Assembly (NCBI GenBank): GCA_965238175.1
Contig: CBDEGZ010000003.1
Coordinates: 2,208,001-2,272,000, forward strand
Direction of reading: 5' to 3'
Length of the DNA: 64,000 bases
From: Gammaproteobacteria bacterium
Lineage (GTDB): Bacteria; Pseudomonadota; Gammaproteobacteria; CAJXQU01
The translations under genes were made by a program, and so were the position numbers. Below, in pieces: positions 31,303 through 40,356 of the stretch; within the stretch, counting starts at the first letter, position 1, and every line of letters begins with the position of its first letter. The notes beneath the pieces were generated by a model. That model was given only the letters and a program-made list of their open reading frames with translations. It was not told the origin of the DNA and ran no database searches.

Positions 31303-31669
31303 GTGAGGAACGTCGGCAAAGTAAACAGATAGGTCGTGCGCCAACAATTACCTTGTTCTTGTTTGTTTGTGTAATAGCAGCGGTAGTTTATGGAATTTAT
31401 TGTGGGATCTTCGCATGACTACAAGGCAGTACTCAGACAAAAATAAAACGCTAAAGAAGATCTCAGTTAAAGCACTTTGTTTTATCGCATTTTGCTACGT
31501 CGTGGTTATCGGTTGTGTGCTTGGCGCGGGAGCTTATCAGTTAGATTGTGAAACGAATTGGTCGAGATATCTTCATGACTAAATATTCTTTGATCATGTT
31601 GTTATTTTTGACCTTGTGTATGCCTGAAGCATACGCATTTATTTGTTTATAAAGCGGTAGATTAATTAC

Positions 31670-31891
31670 ATGCCTGATGAAGTAGATAGATCCGAACTTT
31701 CGATGGAGCTGCATAACAATCTGGCGATTGAAAAAGCAAGGCAAGAAAAAAGCTATGGCACCCCTCGCATTAAAAACGGACGGCATGAGTGTTTGGATTG
31801 TGAAGATTTAATTAGTAAAGAAAGGTTGGAAGCATCTCCAAACGCGGTGCTTTGTGTTCAGTGTCAGGAGCTACGAGAAGAATGGAAATGA
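31670..31891 (+). CDS. TraR/DksA C4 zinc-finger protein
   Basis: D.VDR, CLDCEDLISKERL..PNAVLCVQCQ. Confidence 0.88.
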   Translation: MPDEVDRSELSMELHNNLAIEKARQEKSYGTPRIKNGRHECLDCEDLISKERLEASPNAVLCVQCQELREEWK

Positions 31892-32253
31892 ATTATACAG
31901 CATACAAATTTTGGCTTGATGCTGTTCAGGTAATGGCCGTTGTTTTGCTGGGTATCTATACCTGGTGGAAAGGTCGAGCTACTGCGAATCAATCTGCAAT
32001 TGATCGCGTTGAAGAAAAAATTGACACGATAAAAGTTGACGCTGACAGGCGTTTAGACAGTCATTCCGACAGAATTTTGATGATTGAGAAAAATTTTGAA
32101 AAATTACCCCAGATTAGTGATATTTCTCACATACAAGATACGTTGGGAGTGATAAACCGCGAGGTCGGTGAGCTTAGTTCAAAACTAACTGCCACCTACA
32201 ATATGTTATCTATTCATCAAGAATTTTTGATGAACCAAAATAAAAAGGGATAA
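31888..32253 (+). CDS. Mu-like membrane coiled-coil protein (DUF2730-like)
   Basis: N-terminal TM then coiled coil; position before terminase genes. Confidence 0.6.
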   Translation: MNYTAYKFWLDAVQVMAVVLLGIYTWWKGRATANQSAIDRVEEKIDTIKVDADRRLDSHSDRILMIEKNFEKLPQISDISHIQDTLGVINREVGELSSKLTATYNMLSIHQEFLMNQNKKG

Positions 32254-32268
32254 AGGAGCGGGTTTATT

Positions 32269-32565
32269 ATGGAAATTTATAGGCAACTAATACGCCAACA
32301 CCGGCGCTTATTGATTTTACAACTTCTAGAAGAGTCTAACGACTACAAAATCAACGAAACAATTCTCAACGAAATGATTGAGATTAGATTATCTCCGACG
32401 CCTCAAGACGTGGTTCGATCTGATCTGCAATGGTTGGATGAACAGGGGTTGGTAGAGATCGACATTCTGGGCGACTTATGGGTACCAAAGTTAGCTGTAC
32501 GAGGCCTTGACGCTGCCAAAGGTATTGCAAGAGTACCGGGTGTTTCCAGACCAAGGCCGAAATAA
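32269..32565 (+). CDS. Mu gp26-like wHTH protein
   Basis: RRLLILQLL, DLQWLDEQGLV, RGLDAAKG..VPGVSRP. Confidence 0.8.
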   Translation: MEIYRQLIRQHRRLLILQLLEESNDYKINETILNEMIEIRLSPTPQDVVRSDLQWLDEQGLVEIDILGDLWVPKLAVRGLDAAKGIARVPGVSRPRPK

Positions 32566-33128
32566 TGGCAAAACGGTCTACAATCGAATTGCTGGATGTC
32601 TCAATCAAATCAGAAGTTGATCTTCTTATTCGTGACGGTAAGACACTTGATCAGATAATTGATCATCTGCGAAATTTAGGCGATGAAGACACCAGCCGTT
32701 CAGCTGTTGGTCGATATGCGAAACGCTCTCGTGAACAAATGAAGCGGTACCAGGAAGCTCAGCAAGTTGCGAAAGTTTGGATCGGTAGATTAGAAGAAGA
32801 TCCAACGGGCGACGTTGGGCGATTGTTATCTGAAATGTTGCGCGTTGTTGCTTTTGAACAAATAGGAACCATGAGCAGTGATAAAGATATTGTGATTGAT
32901 CCGAAAGATATTATGTTCTTATCTAACGCGATTAAAAACCTTGCAGGGGCTGATAAGACCAGTGCTGATCGTGAATTAAAAATTCGTGATCAGGTGGCAA
33001 AAGAGACCGCCAAAAAAGCCGCCACAGAAGCGGTTAAGGTTGCTAAAAAAGGTGGTGCGTCTGAAGAGACATTAGAAGCAATTCGAGCTGGTATTTTGGG
33101 TATTACTCTACAAGGTTCGGCAGCATAA
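32565..33128 (+). CDS. Putative terminase small subunit (Mu gp27 / DUF3486)
   Basis: RSTIELL, SRSAVGRY; directly before TerL. Confidence 0.82.
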   Translation: MAKRSTIELLDVSIKSEVDLLIRDGKTLDQIIDHLRNLGDEDTSRSAVGRYAKRSREQMKRYQEAQQVAKVWIGRLEEDPTGDVGRLLSEMLRVVAFEQIGTMSSDKDIVIDPKDIMFLSNAIKNLAGADKTSADRELKIRDQVAKETAKKAATEAVKVAKKGGASEETLEAIRAGILGITLQGSAA

Positions 33129-34678
33129 TGAGTGCCGCAGAAAAAATTCCACATGCGGTACTGCTGGAATATCAACAAGACTGGGTAGCGGATAAATCAC
33201 CAATAAAACTTTGTGAAAAATCACGCCGAATTGGTCTTAGTTGGTGTGATGCTTCTGATTCTGTTTTAACGTCTTCAGGTACAAAAGAAGCCGGTGGTAT
33301 GGATTGCTGGTATGTTGGTTACAACAAAGACATGGCGATGGAATACATCCGTGACTGTGCTTTTTGGGCTAAACACTTCGACATTGCTGCGGGCGAAATG
33401 CAGGAAGAAATTCTGGTCGATGAAGATAAAGATATTCTCACGTATGTGATCCATTTTGCATCTGGTTTCAGAATCACCGCGTTATCGTCTCGGCCTTCAA
33501 ACCTTCGTGGTAAGCAAGGTAAAGTTATTCTCGACGAAGCCGCATTCCATGATGATTTATCGGGATTAGTCAAAGCCGCTGTTGCACTTTTAATTTGGGG
33601 TGGTCGTGTTGTTATTGTCAGCACACACAATGGTGACACCAATAAATTTAATGAATTAATTCAAGATACGCTGGCAGGTAAGCTAGATTATAGCCTGCAT
33701 AAAATCACCTTTAAAGATGCCATTAAACAGGGTTTGTTCAAACGTATATGCCTTGTCACAAAACAAGAATGGACGCAGGAAAAACAAGATGAATGGGTTG
33801 CGGGGATGTACACAACCTACGGTGATGATTCTCAAGAAGAGCTTGATGTCATTCCATCCAGTGGGTCAGGAACCTATCTAAGCCGAGCAATTATTGAAGG
33901 TGTAATGAAAGAAGGAATTCCCGTTCTTCGTTACGACATGCCTGACAGTTTCACCCATCAGCCAGAACATATTCGAGAAGCGGAAACTAGAGATTGGTGT
34001 GAACAAAATCTTTTACCACTTCTGAAAAATCTTGATCCAAATCTACGTCATTTTTTCGGATCTGATTTTGCGCGTTCTGGTGACGTAAGTGTTTTACGAA
34101 TTTTGGAAGAGTTACGAACAATGCATTTGACCGAACCGTTTTTGGTTGAAATGCGCAATATTCCATTTGACCAGCAGCGTCAAATTTTATTCTACATACT
34201 TGATCGTCTTCCACGTTTTGTTGGTGGCGCAATGGATGCCAGAGGTAACGGACAATACATGGCGGAAGTTGCACAGCAAAAATATGGCGTGAATCGAATT
34301 GAAGGTGTGATGGCATCACCGACCTGGTACATCACCAATATGCCACGTTTCAAAGCTCATTTTGAAGACCAGACATTTACCATTGCAAAACATCCAGATG
34401 TACTAGCGGATTTACGTTTGATCAAAAAAGAAAAAGGTGTGGCGAAAGTACCAGAAGGAGCAAAAACACGAGGTACTGATGGAAAGGATCGACATGGTGA
34501 TAGTGCCATAGCTTTAGTGCTTGCAAGTTATGCGGCAGCCAACATCGAAGGTGGTGAGTTTGACTACACGCCAGCAAACGACAAGAAGGAACGCTGGGAT
34601 GGTAAAGCGGAAGAAGATAGCTGGAATAAATCAACAATGGCAGATGATTTACCGAGTTCTGAAGCGGGGTGTCTTTGA
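33128..34678 (+). CDS. Terminase large subunit (Mu gp28-like)
   Basis: EKSRRIGLSW, LSSRPSNLRGKQG.VILDEAAF, DFARSGD, RHGDSAIA. Confidence 0.95.
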   Translation: MSAAEKIPHAVLLEYQQDWVADKSPIKLCEKSRRIGLSWCDASDSVLTSSGTKEAGGMDCWYVGYNKDMAMEYIRDCAFWAKHFDIAAGEMQEEILVDEDKDILTYVIHFASGFRITALSSRPSNLRGKQGKVILDEAAFHDDLSGLVKAAVALLIWGGRVVIVSTHNGDTNKFNELIQDTLAGKLDYSLHKITFKDAIKQGLFKRICLVTKQEWTQEKQDEWVAGMYTTYGDDSQEELDVIPSSGSGTYLSRAIIEGVMKEGIPVLRYDMPDSFTHQPEHIREAETRDWCEQNLLPLLKNLDPNLRHFFGSDFARSGDVSVLRILEELRTMHLTEPFLVEMRNIPFDQQRQILFYILDRLPRFVGGAMDARGNGQYMAEVAQQKYGVNRIEGVMASPTWYITNMPRFKAHFEDQTFTIAKHPDVLADLRLIKKEKGVAKVPEGAKTRGTDGKDRHGDSAIALVLASYAAANIEGGEFDYTPANDKKERWDGKAEEDSWNKSTMADDLPSSEAGCL

Positions 34679-34857
34679 TGGGTAACGACGTAGTGTTATT
34701 GATAAAAGGTGCAATAACTGAGTGTACCGAAGAAGAGCAGGCAAGCATTTATGAATGTAAAAGTATTCTTGATCAAGTGGTCACGCATTATGGGAGTGCT
34801 GCAATATTTGCGTTGGCTTTAGTGGGTGCCGAACAGCAGGAGAAGGTAAATACATGA
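34678..34857 (+). CDS. Small phage protein
   Basis: Coupled between TerL and portal. Confidence 0.5.
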   Translation: MGNDVVLLIKGAITECTEEEQASIYECKSILDQVVTHYGSAAIFALALVGAEQQEKVNT

Positions 34858-36542
34858 TAGTCGACATACACGGTAATCCAATTAAAAAACCTGATCTGAA
34901 GGACAATCAGTCAGCTAAACTCAGTTCACTTCAACATGAATTTGCAGGACATCCTTCTCGCGGATTAACGCCTGCAAAAGCGGCGAGTATAGTCGACATA
35001 CACGATAATCCAATTAAAAAACCTGATCTGAAGGACAATCAGTCAGCTAAACTCAGTTCACTTCAACATGAATTTGCAGGACATCCTTCTCGCGGATTAA
35101 CGCCTGCAAAAGCGGCGAGTATTTTGCAATCAGCTGAGCAAGGTGATCTGATCGCACAATTTGATCTGTTCGAAGACATGGAAGAAAAAGACACTCAGAT
35201 CTTATCGGAAATGTCGAAACGTAAACGGGCATTAATGAAGCTGGGTTGGTCAATTAAACCACCAAGAAACGCAACTGCTCAAGAAATGAAAGCCACAGAA
35301 CAAGTGGCCGAATTGGTAGCCTCAATCAATGATGTTGAAGATATCATCTTTGATTTGGCTGATGGCATAGGCAAAGGTTTTTCATGTCTTGAATACGAAG
35401 GTGGCTGGCAACAATACGATAACGAATGGCTACCAAAAAGAATTACCTACCGTCCACAACGTTGGTTTACTACACCGCAAAATAAACAGAATGAAATACG
35501 ACTACGCGGTAATGGTGGTGATGGTGATCCACTCTGGCATTTTGGTTGGATTTGTCATCATCACAAATCACGATCAGGTTACATCGGGCGATCAGGATTA
35601 TTCCGCACACTCGTTTGGCCCTACATATTTAAAAACTATTCAGTTCGAGATTTAGCCGAATTTCTGGAAATTTACGGCTTGCCTTTACGACTTGGAAAAT
35701 ATCCATCGGGTGCATCGAATACAGAAAAAATGACCTTGCTTAAAGCGGTCGTCAACATCGGACATGATGCAGCAGGGATCATTCCCCAGGGAATGGAGAT
35801 TGATTTCAAAGAAGCAGCCAAAGGAGATAAAGATCCATTCGAATATATGATCGGCTGGTGTGAGCGTTCAATATCAAAAGTAATCACCGGCACAACTGCA
35901 CCAACCGATGGCGCAAGCTCTGGCGGCAACCGTGCGCTGGGTGATTATTCGAAAGAAGTACTTTGGGATATCACCGTCAGTGATGCACGACAAATTGATT
36001 CGACGTTGACCAAAGATTTAGTCTGGCCAATAACCGCCCTTAATACTGGCATAACCGATCCGCGTCGTTCACCACGCTGGGTGTCTGACACAAATGAATA
36101 TGAAGATATTAAATTGTTTTCTGCGTCACTACCGAACCTGGTCGATATCGGCATGGAAATTCCAGAACAGTGGGCTAAACAAAAAATCGGTGTTCCGGAA
36201 GTTGAAGAAGGTAAAAAAATATTACAACGTTCGGCCAGCGTAACTGTTCCAGTAGAAGCAGCAAGTGCAGCCGCTAGAGCAGCATTAAAAGCTGAAGTTG
36301 TTGAACGTGATTTGGCCGATGCTCTGGCCGACCAGATAGAAAAACAAACCAATGCAGCTACCACGGAAATGATTGAAAAAATACGAAAGATTGCGCTCAA
36401 GGCAGACAGCCTGCAACAACTCAGTGATGAATTAATAGCTGCCTTTAAATATTTGGATGAAACCAAACTAGCAGAAATCATGCGCATGGGTTTTGCCGTC
36501 GCAGAGCTTGGCGGTCGTTATGAAGCTCAGGAGAGTATTTGA
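34854..36542 (+). CDS. Portal protein (Mu gp29 / DUF935) with N-terminal 44-aa duplication
   Basis: HPSRGLTP, LFEDMEEKD, EFLEIYGLPLRLGKY, IGHDAAGIIP. Confidence 0.93.
   Translation: MIVDIHGNPIKKPDLKDNQSAKLSSLQHEFAGHPSRGLTPAKAASIVDIHDNPIKKPDLKDNQSAKLSSLQHEFAGHPSRGLTPAKAASILQSAEQGDLIAQFDLFEDMEEKDTQILSEMSKRKRALMKLGWSIKPPRNATAQEMKATEQVAELVASINDVEDIIFDLADGIGKGFSCLEYEGGWQQYDNEWLPKRITYRPQRWFTTPQNKQNEIRLRGNGGDGDPLWHFGWICHHHKSRSGYIGRSGLFRTLVWPYIFKNYSVRDLAEFLEIYGLPLRLGKYPSGASNTEKMTLLKAVVNIGHDAAGIIPQGMEIDFKEAAKGDKDPFEYMIGWCERSISKVITGTTAPTDGASSGGNRALGDYSKEVLWDITVSDARQIDSTLTKDLVWPITALNTGITDPRRSPRWVSDTNEYEDIKLFSASLPNLVDIGMEIPEQWAKQKIGVPEVEEGKKILQRSASVTVPVEAASAAARAALKAEVVERDLADALADQIEKQTNAATTEMIEKIRKIALKADSLQQLSDELIAAFKYLDETKLAEIMRMGFAVAELGGRYEAQESI
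34857..35120 (+). repeat. 132-bp in-frame tandem duplication
   Basis: 34857-34988 and 34989-35120 differ at one base (ggt vs gat). Confidence 0.95.
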
Positions 36543-36688
36543 TGCTTTTTGAATTTCACATGCCGCCGCCGCAACCTTATAAATTTTGGCATGAAGAACT
36601 TGCTTACCAAGATAGGCAATCGCGTAGAGCCGGTGCCGCAACAAAAAAGAAAAGAAAAAACCGACGCTTGAATAAACGAAAAAAATAG
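36542..36688 (+). CDS. 48-aa basic peptide (not in ORF track)
   Basis: TGATG coupling; MLFEFHMPPPQ...KKKRKNRRLNKRKK. Confidence 0.4.
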   Translation: MLFEFHMPPPQPYKFWHEELAYQDRQSRRAGAATKKKRKNRRLNKRKK

Positions 36689-36937
36689 ATGGGTCTAATT
36701 ATTATGCAACGCAAAAAAACTATCGGTAAAAAAGCAAATTCGACACAGGTCGGCGGCCAGCATTACAAATCAAAAAACATTCAGCCGTGGGATTACATCG
36801 CCGTAAATGGCCTGGGTTTTTTCGAAGGGAATATTGTCAAGTATGTGACTCGTCACAATGATAAAAATGGTGTCGAGGATTTGAAAAAGGCGCGGCACTA
36901 TCTGGATAAATTGATCGAGTTGCAAAGCGCTAAATAG
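36689..36937 (+). CDS. DUF3310 family protein
   Basis: QVGGQHY, IQPWDYI, GNIVKYVTR, DLKKARHYL. Confidence 0.88.
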   Translation: MGLIIMQRKKTIGKKANSTQVGGQHYKSKNIQPWDYIAVNGLGFFEGNIVKYVTRHNDKNGVEDLKKARHYLDKLIELQSAK

Positions 36938-36964
36938 CTTCATACGTGTTCTTGAAAAACAAGT

Positions 36965-37156
36965 ATGAAATGGGAAAAGAAAACAGAATATTACCTGTTA
37001 TCAGATAAAGGCTGGAAGATATCTAGAGCCTTTGTAAAGGGCAAACAAAAATTCACACTCTGGCAGCCTGATAAAAAAGAACATTCATATTTTAGAAATG
37101 CTGGAACGTTTAGAACAACTAAGGATGCAAAGAGCAAAGCAGAATGTCTAAAGTAA
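36965..37156 (+). CDS. Small phage protein
   Basis: 63-aa ORF in accessory cluster. Confidence 0.5.
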   Translation: MKWEKKTEYYLLSDKGWKISRAFVKGKQKFTLWQPDKKEHSYFRNAGTFRTTKDAKSKAECLK

Positions 37157-37347
37157 CTAAAGAAGAAAAGGACTTTGTTGAACAATTTAAAGATCAAAAA
37201 TACCCAAATCTAGGAACGTTTAAAAATAGAAAAAAACATAAGCCAACATGGAACGATAATGATGCAATTAGTGCGGGTATGGATGCTGCTAAAGATGTGA
37301 ATTTGCATCATGGCGTTGATGGTGCTGAGCGGAATTTGTTGATGTGA
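37144..37347 (+). CDS. Small phage protein
   Basis: Overlaps neighbours; G.DAAKDVNLHHGV tail. Confidence 0.45.
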   Translation: MSKVTKEEKDFVEQFKDQKYPNLGTFKNRKKHKPTWNDNDAISAGMDAAKDVNLHHGVDGAERNLLM

Positions 37348-37598
37348 GTCTGGCAACGCTGAAGCTTATAATTCGGAAAAATAACAAACCAACAATATGG
37401 GAATTAAAGGGTGAAAAAATAAAGCCTTGTCCGTTTTGCGGAAGTTCAGATATTCATCTAGCTGAAGACGAAGGACTTGTTATTGGAGATCATACCTTGC
37501 ATTGGTGTTCATGCAGTGATTGTGGTTGCGAAGGTCCTTATAGAGATTGTAGGTTGAATGCTATTGCTGTTTGGCAAAGAAGGAATGATCCTAAGTGA
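37344..37598 (+). CDS. Lar-family restriction alleviation-like Zn finger
   Basis: KPCPFCG...CSDCG..GP...AIAVWQRR. Confidence 0.8.
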   Translation: MSLATLKLIIRKNNKPTIWELKGEKIKPCPFCGSSDIHLAEDEGLVIGDHTLHWCSCSDCGCEGPYRDCRLNAIAVWQRRNDPK

Positions 37599-37641
37599 AA
37601 AATTTGAATGTTGATGTTAGTTGTGAATTTCGAGGTTTACT

Positions 37642-37926
37642 ATGAATAAAACAGAAATGTTGTTAGTGATTTTAATGGAAGAATGCAACGAATTAGCACA
37701 GCAAGCATCAAAAGCTATACGGTTTGGTATTGATCAACAACGTGACTTACCAACAAGCAACAGGCAAAGATTGATAGCAGAATGGAATGACTTAATTGCA
37801 GTTGTTGAAATGTTAGAACGTGAGGGTATTGATTTACAGCCTGACCCTGCCGCGATACTCTCAAAAAAGAAAAAAGTTGATCGATATATGTCTTACTCTT
37901 CGGAGCTAGGTACTTTAAAAGTATAG
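37642..37926 (+). CDS. MazG-like NTP pyrophosphohydrolase
   Basis: LMEECNELAQ.ASKAIRFG, E..D motif. Confidence 0.7.
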   Translation: MNKTEMLLVILMEECNELAQQASKAIRFGIDQQRDLPTSNRQRLIAEWNDLIAVVEMLEREGIDLQPDPAAILSKKKKVDRYMSYSSELGTLKV

Positions 37927-37938
37927 CTGAATATTTTC

Positions 37939-38730
37939 ATGCCAACAGACTACACCGCCCTTCCCTTCATAGAACAAATAACCTTCTTCCGGAACAAGGT
38001 AAACACTCCTACCGCCACATGGCGTGATGTCTGGAAGTCAGGACACGACAAAGGCTTTATGGTTGCGGGTGCGGCGAAAGCTGATCTGCTTGAAGATTTC
38101 CGACAAACGATCGATAAGATGATCGCTCAAGGAATGACGATTAAAGACTTTCGTGATGATTTTGATCGGATCGTCAAAACACATGGCTGGGAATACAACG
38201 GTGGTCGAGGCTGGCGAACTCGCGTGATTTACGAAACCAATCTGCGTACGAGTTATCAAGCAGGTCGCTTTGCACAATTGACCAATCCTAAGCTACTCAA
38301 GTCACGCCCATTCTGGCGTTATCATCATTCTGATTCAGTGCAACACCCTCGGCCTTTACATTTGAAATGGCATAACACCATTTTGCACTCGACTAACAGG
38401 TGGTGGTTAACACATTTTGCACCAAATGGCTGGGGCTGCAAATGTAAAATATTTGCAGAATCACAGCGCACCCTGGAAAAACGCTACGGTAAAACAAAAA
38501 CTGATCCAACGCCGAATGATGGGATTGTCGATGGCCGTCCAGCGGGCATTGATGAGGGCTGGGATTATGCACCGGGTGCATCAGTGGCAGAAGTGACTCG
38601 TAAACAAGTCCTGAAGAAAGCTAGAAAGCTACCGAAGGTATTAAAAGATTCATTGATTGATCGCATCAAAAATATTCCAGCGGTCGGTTTGCTGCCAGAT
38701 GAAGATATTGACACGGATACGGAACAATGA
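37939..38730 (+). CDS. Mu gpF-like head morphogenesis protein
   Basis: FMVAGA, RTRVIYETNLRTSYQAGR, HPRPLH, PNGWGCKC, GWDYAPG. Confidence 0.92.
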   Translation: MPTDYTALPFIEQITFFRNKVNTPTATWRDVWKSGHDKGFMVAGAAKADLLEDFRQTIDKMIAQGMTIKDFRDDFDRIVKTHGWEYNGGRGWRTRVIYETNLRTSYQAGRFAQLTNPKLLKSRPFWRYHHSDSVQHPRPLHLKWHNTILHSTNRWWLTHFAPNGWGCKCKIFAESQRTLEKRYGKTKTDPTPNDGIVDGRPAGIDEGWDYAPGASVAEVTRKQVLKKARKLPKVLKDSLIDRIKNIPAVGLLPDEDIDTDTEQ

Positions 38731-39188
38731 CAGGCGCAACTATAACTGTTGATATAGATGACGATTCTGTTCAAGCGTCATTCCGGCGTCTACTTGAGTT
38801 GGGTGGCGATGCATCAGATGTGACAGAAGAAATCCGTGAAGCATTATTGATCAGCCATCAAGACAGGTTTGACCAACAAGTTGACCCGGACGGTGAACCC
38901 TGGGCACCATTATCACCAGCCTACAAAAAACAAAAAGAAAAAAAGCGACCCGGCAAAGGCATACTTGTTTATGATGAAATAATGTCATTGCTGGTGTCTG
39001 AAGCCACAGATGATGAAGTACGTATCGGGACAGGCCCACAATCAAAAGATTATGCCGCTGCACAAAATTTTGGTTATGCACCTAATAACTTAACATCACG
39101 AACCTTTCTTGGCTTCTCAGAACAAGATCAGGAAGAAGCTGTGGAGATATTACAGGAGCACATTAATAGATTATTAAGTGGCATTTAA
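38727..39188 (+). CDS. Mu gpG-like virion morphogenesis protein
   Basis: RFDQQVDPDGEPWAPLS, YAAAQNFG, RTFLGFS. Confidence 0.88.
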   Translation: MTGATITVDIDDDSVQASFRRLLELGGDASDVTEEIREALLISHQDRFDQQVDPDGEPWAPLSPAYKKQKEKKRPGKGILVYDEIMSLLVSEATDDEVRIGTGPQSKDYAAAQNFGYAPNNLTSRTFLGFSEQDQEEAVEILQEHINRLLSGI

Positions 39189-39189
39189 A

Positions 39190-39218
39190 AAAGCCCGACC
39201 ATCCAATGGCCGGGCTTT
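39190..39218. terminator. Intrinsic terminator after G
   Basis: aaagcccgacc-atccaat-ggccgggcttt. Confidence 0.7.
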
Positions 39219-39357
39219 AACATGGAGGTTATTAAGAGCCATGCTTTAACTCTGAATAATAACCAGTCCAATAATATTAAATAACTATCACTCAGATCAA
39301 CCTCAAAGCTGCAAACTATTGTTATCTATCACCCTACAAATTAATTTCAAAAAGTAC

Positions 39358-39385
39358 TTGCATTAAACGTCATGACGTGTATAAT
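39358..39385 (+). promoter_or_regulatory. Sigma70-type promoter with a palindromic operator in the spacer
   Basis: TTGCAT-16 nt-TATAAT; perfect palindrome ACGTCATGACGT at 39367-39378. Confidence 0.75.
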
Positions 39386-39453
39386 TAGTTACAAGAGTTA
39401 AGCAAAGTGTTTAACTCCTCGCGCCTCGGAGCAACAGGGGCAGGAGAAAGAAA

Positions 39454-39735
39454 ATGAACGAATTAAAAGCTTTTGAACCAGAATACACAGCAACAGTAGA
39501 CAACGAAATAATGAATTGCTACCACAATAATAACCTTGACACGGTGATCAAGCTGACCATTGAAGATGATGCTCAAGAGATTCTTGATGATTGGGCTAGA
39601 TTAGATATCTGGGTCACAGACGTCCAGCTTTTTCAAAAGATGGCCAAAAAGCATAATGTCGAGGTTGATGACATTCATTACGATGAAAATTGCGAATATT
39701 TAATTGCTGATGGCGTGATTTTGGAAGCCGTTTAA
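39454..39735 (+). CDS. Small highly acidic protein, candidate anti-CRISPR / anti-defence factor
   Basis: AGGAG RBS; 22 D/E versus 6 K/R in 93 aa; function inferred from locus. Confidence 0.7.
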   Translation: MNELKAFEPEYTATVDNEIMNCYHNNNLDTVIKLTIEDDAQEILDDWARLDIWVTDVQLFQKMAKKHNVEVDDIHYDENCEYLIADGVILEAV

Positions 39736-39981
39736 TTGACGAATCACCCTAACAGAAATTGGCGTAAACGGTGGACAGTAGATCTGTCCACCTGCACCGC
39801 AACTCACGAGAGTGGCTTTGTAATGACTTACAAGAAAACCAGCGATGAACACATTGACGGTACCTTTGATAATGCAAACGACTGGTTAAAAACACAAAAA
39901 GATAAGACTTCAAAGAAAGTGGAAAAGCTGGTTAGCGAAGCCGGAGTTATTTATAAAGAGGCATTAGATGCAAGACAATAA
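39736..39981 (+). CDS. Small accessory protein (NHPNR N-terminus)
   Basis: TTG start immediately after the upstream stop. Confidence 0.65.
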   Translation: MTNHPNRNWRKRWTVDLSTCTATHESGFVMTYKKTSDEHIDGTFDNANDWLKTQKDKTSKKVEKLVSEAGVIYKEALDARQ

Positions 39982-40135
39982 AAAACACAACAACTCGCAC
40001 CGCACAAATAAAAAGACCGTGCAATTAGTCTTCACAAAAAAAGAATTTGATCGATTCCAGTTGGCTAAACAAGATTTAAATGCGCGATCCGCAAAAGATC
40101 TAGTTTTAAAGCTGCTAGATAAAGTAAAAAGCTAA
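39968..40135 (+). CDS. 55-aa ribbon-helix-helix-like protein, candidate Aca-like repressor (not in ORF track)
   Basis: GAGG RBS; KTVQLVFTKKEFDRFQLAKQDLNARSAKDLVLKLLDKV has a beta-alpha-alpha pattern. Confidence 0.55.
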   Translation: MQDNKKHNNSHRTNKKTVQLVFTKKEFDRFQLAKQDLNARSAKDLVLKLLDKVKS

Positions 40136-40356
40136 ACACCTCAGTTGCGCTCTAAGCAACGATCTCCCTATTCAGGCTACGATGACAATCTAAAAAATAC
40201 TTAAACGATTTCTCAAAAAATTAAAGGGTAACCAGAGTAGGTTGTGATCTTGATTATGGATGATGATCGCACTGTTACCGTAAAAAGGGCGAAAAACTCT
40301 ATATCGACATTTTATTTGATCTGGTTTAATCTGATCCTTCTGCACCATTCAACTAT

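Noticed and set aside
39418-39441. Solitary CRISPR repeat (RNA anti-CRISPR) in the operon leader
   Set aside because: Only a vague TCGCGCC resemblance to type I-C repeats; lacks the ATTGAAAC-type 3' end.
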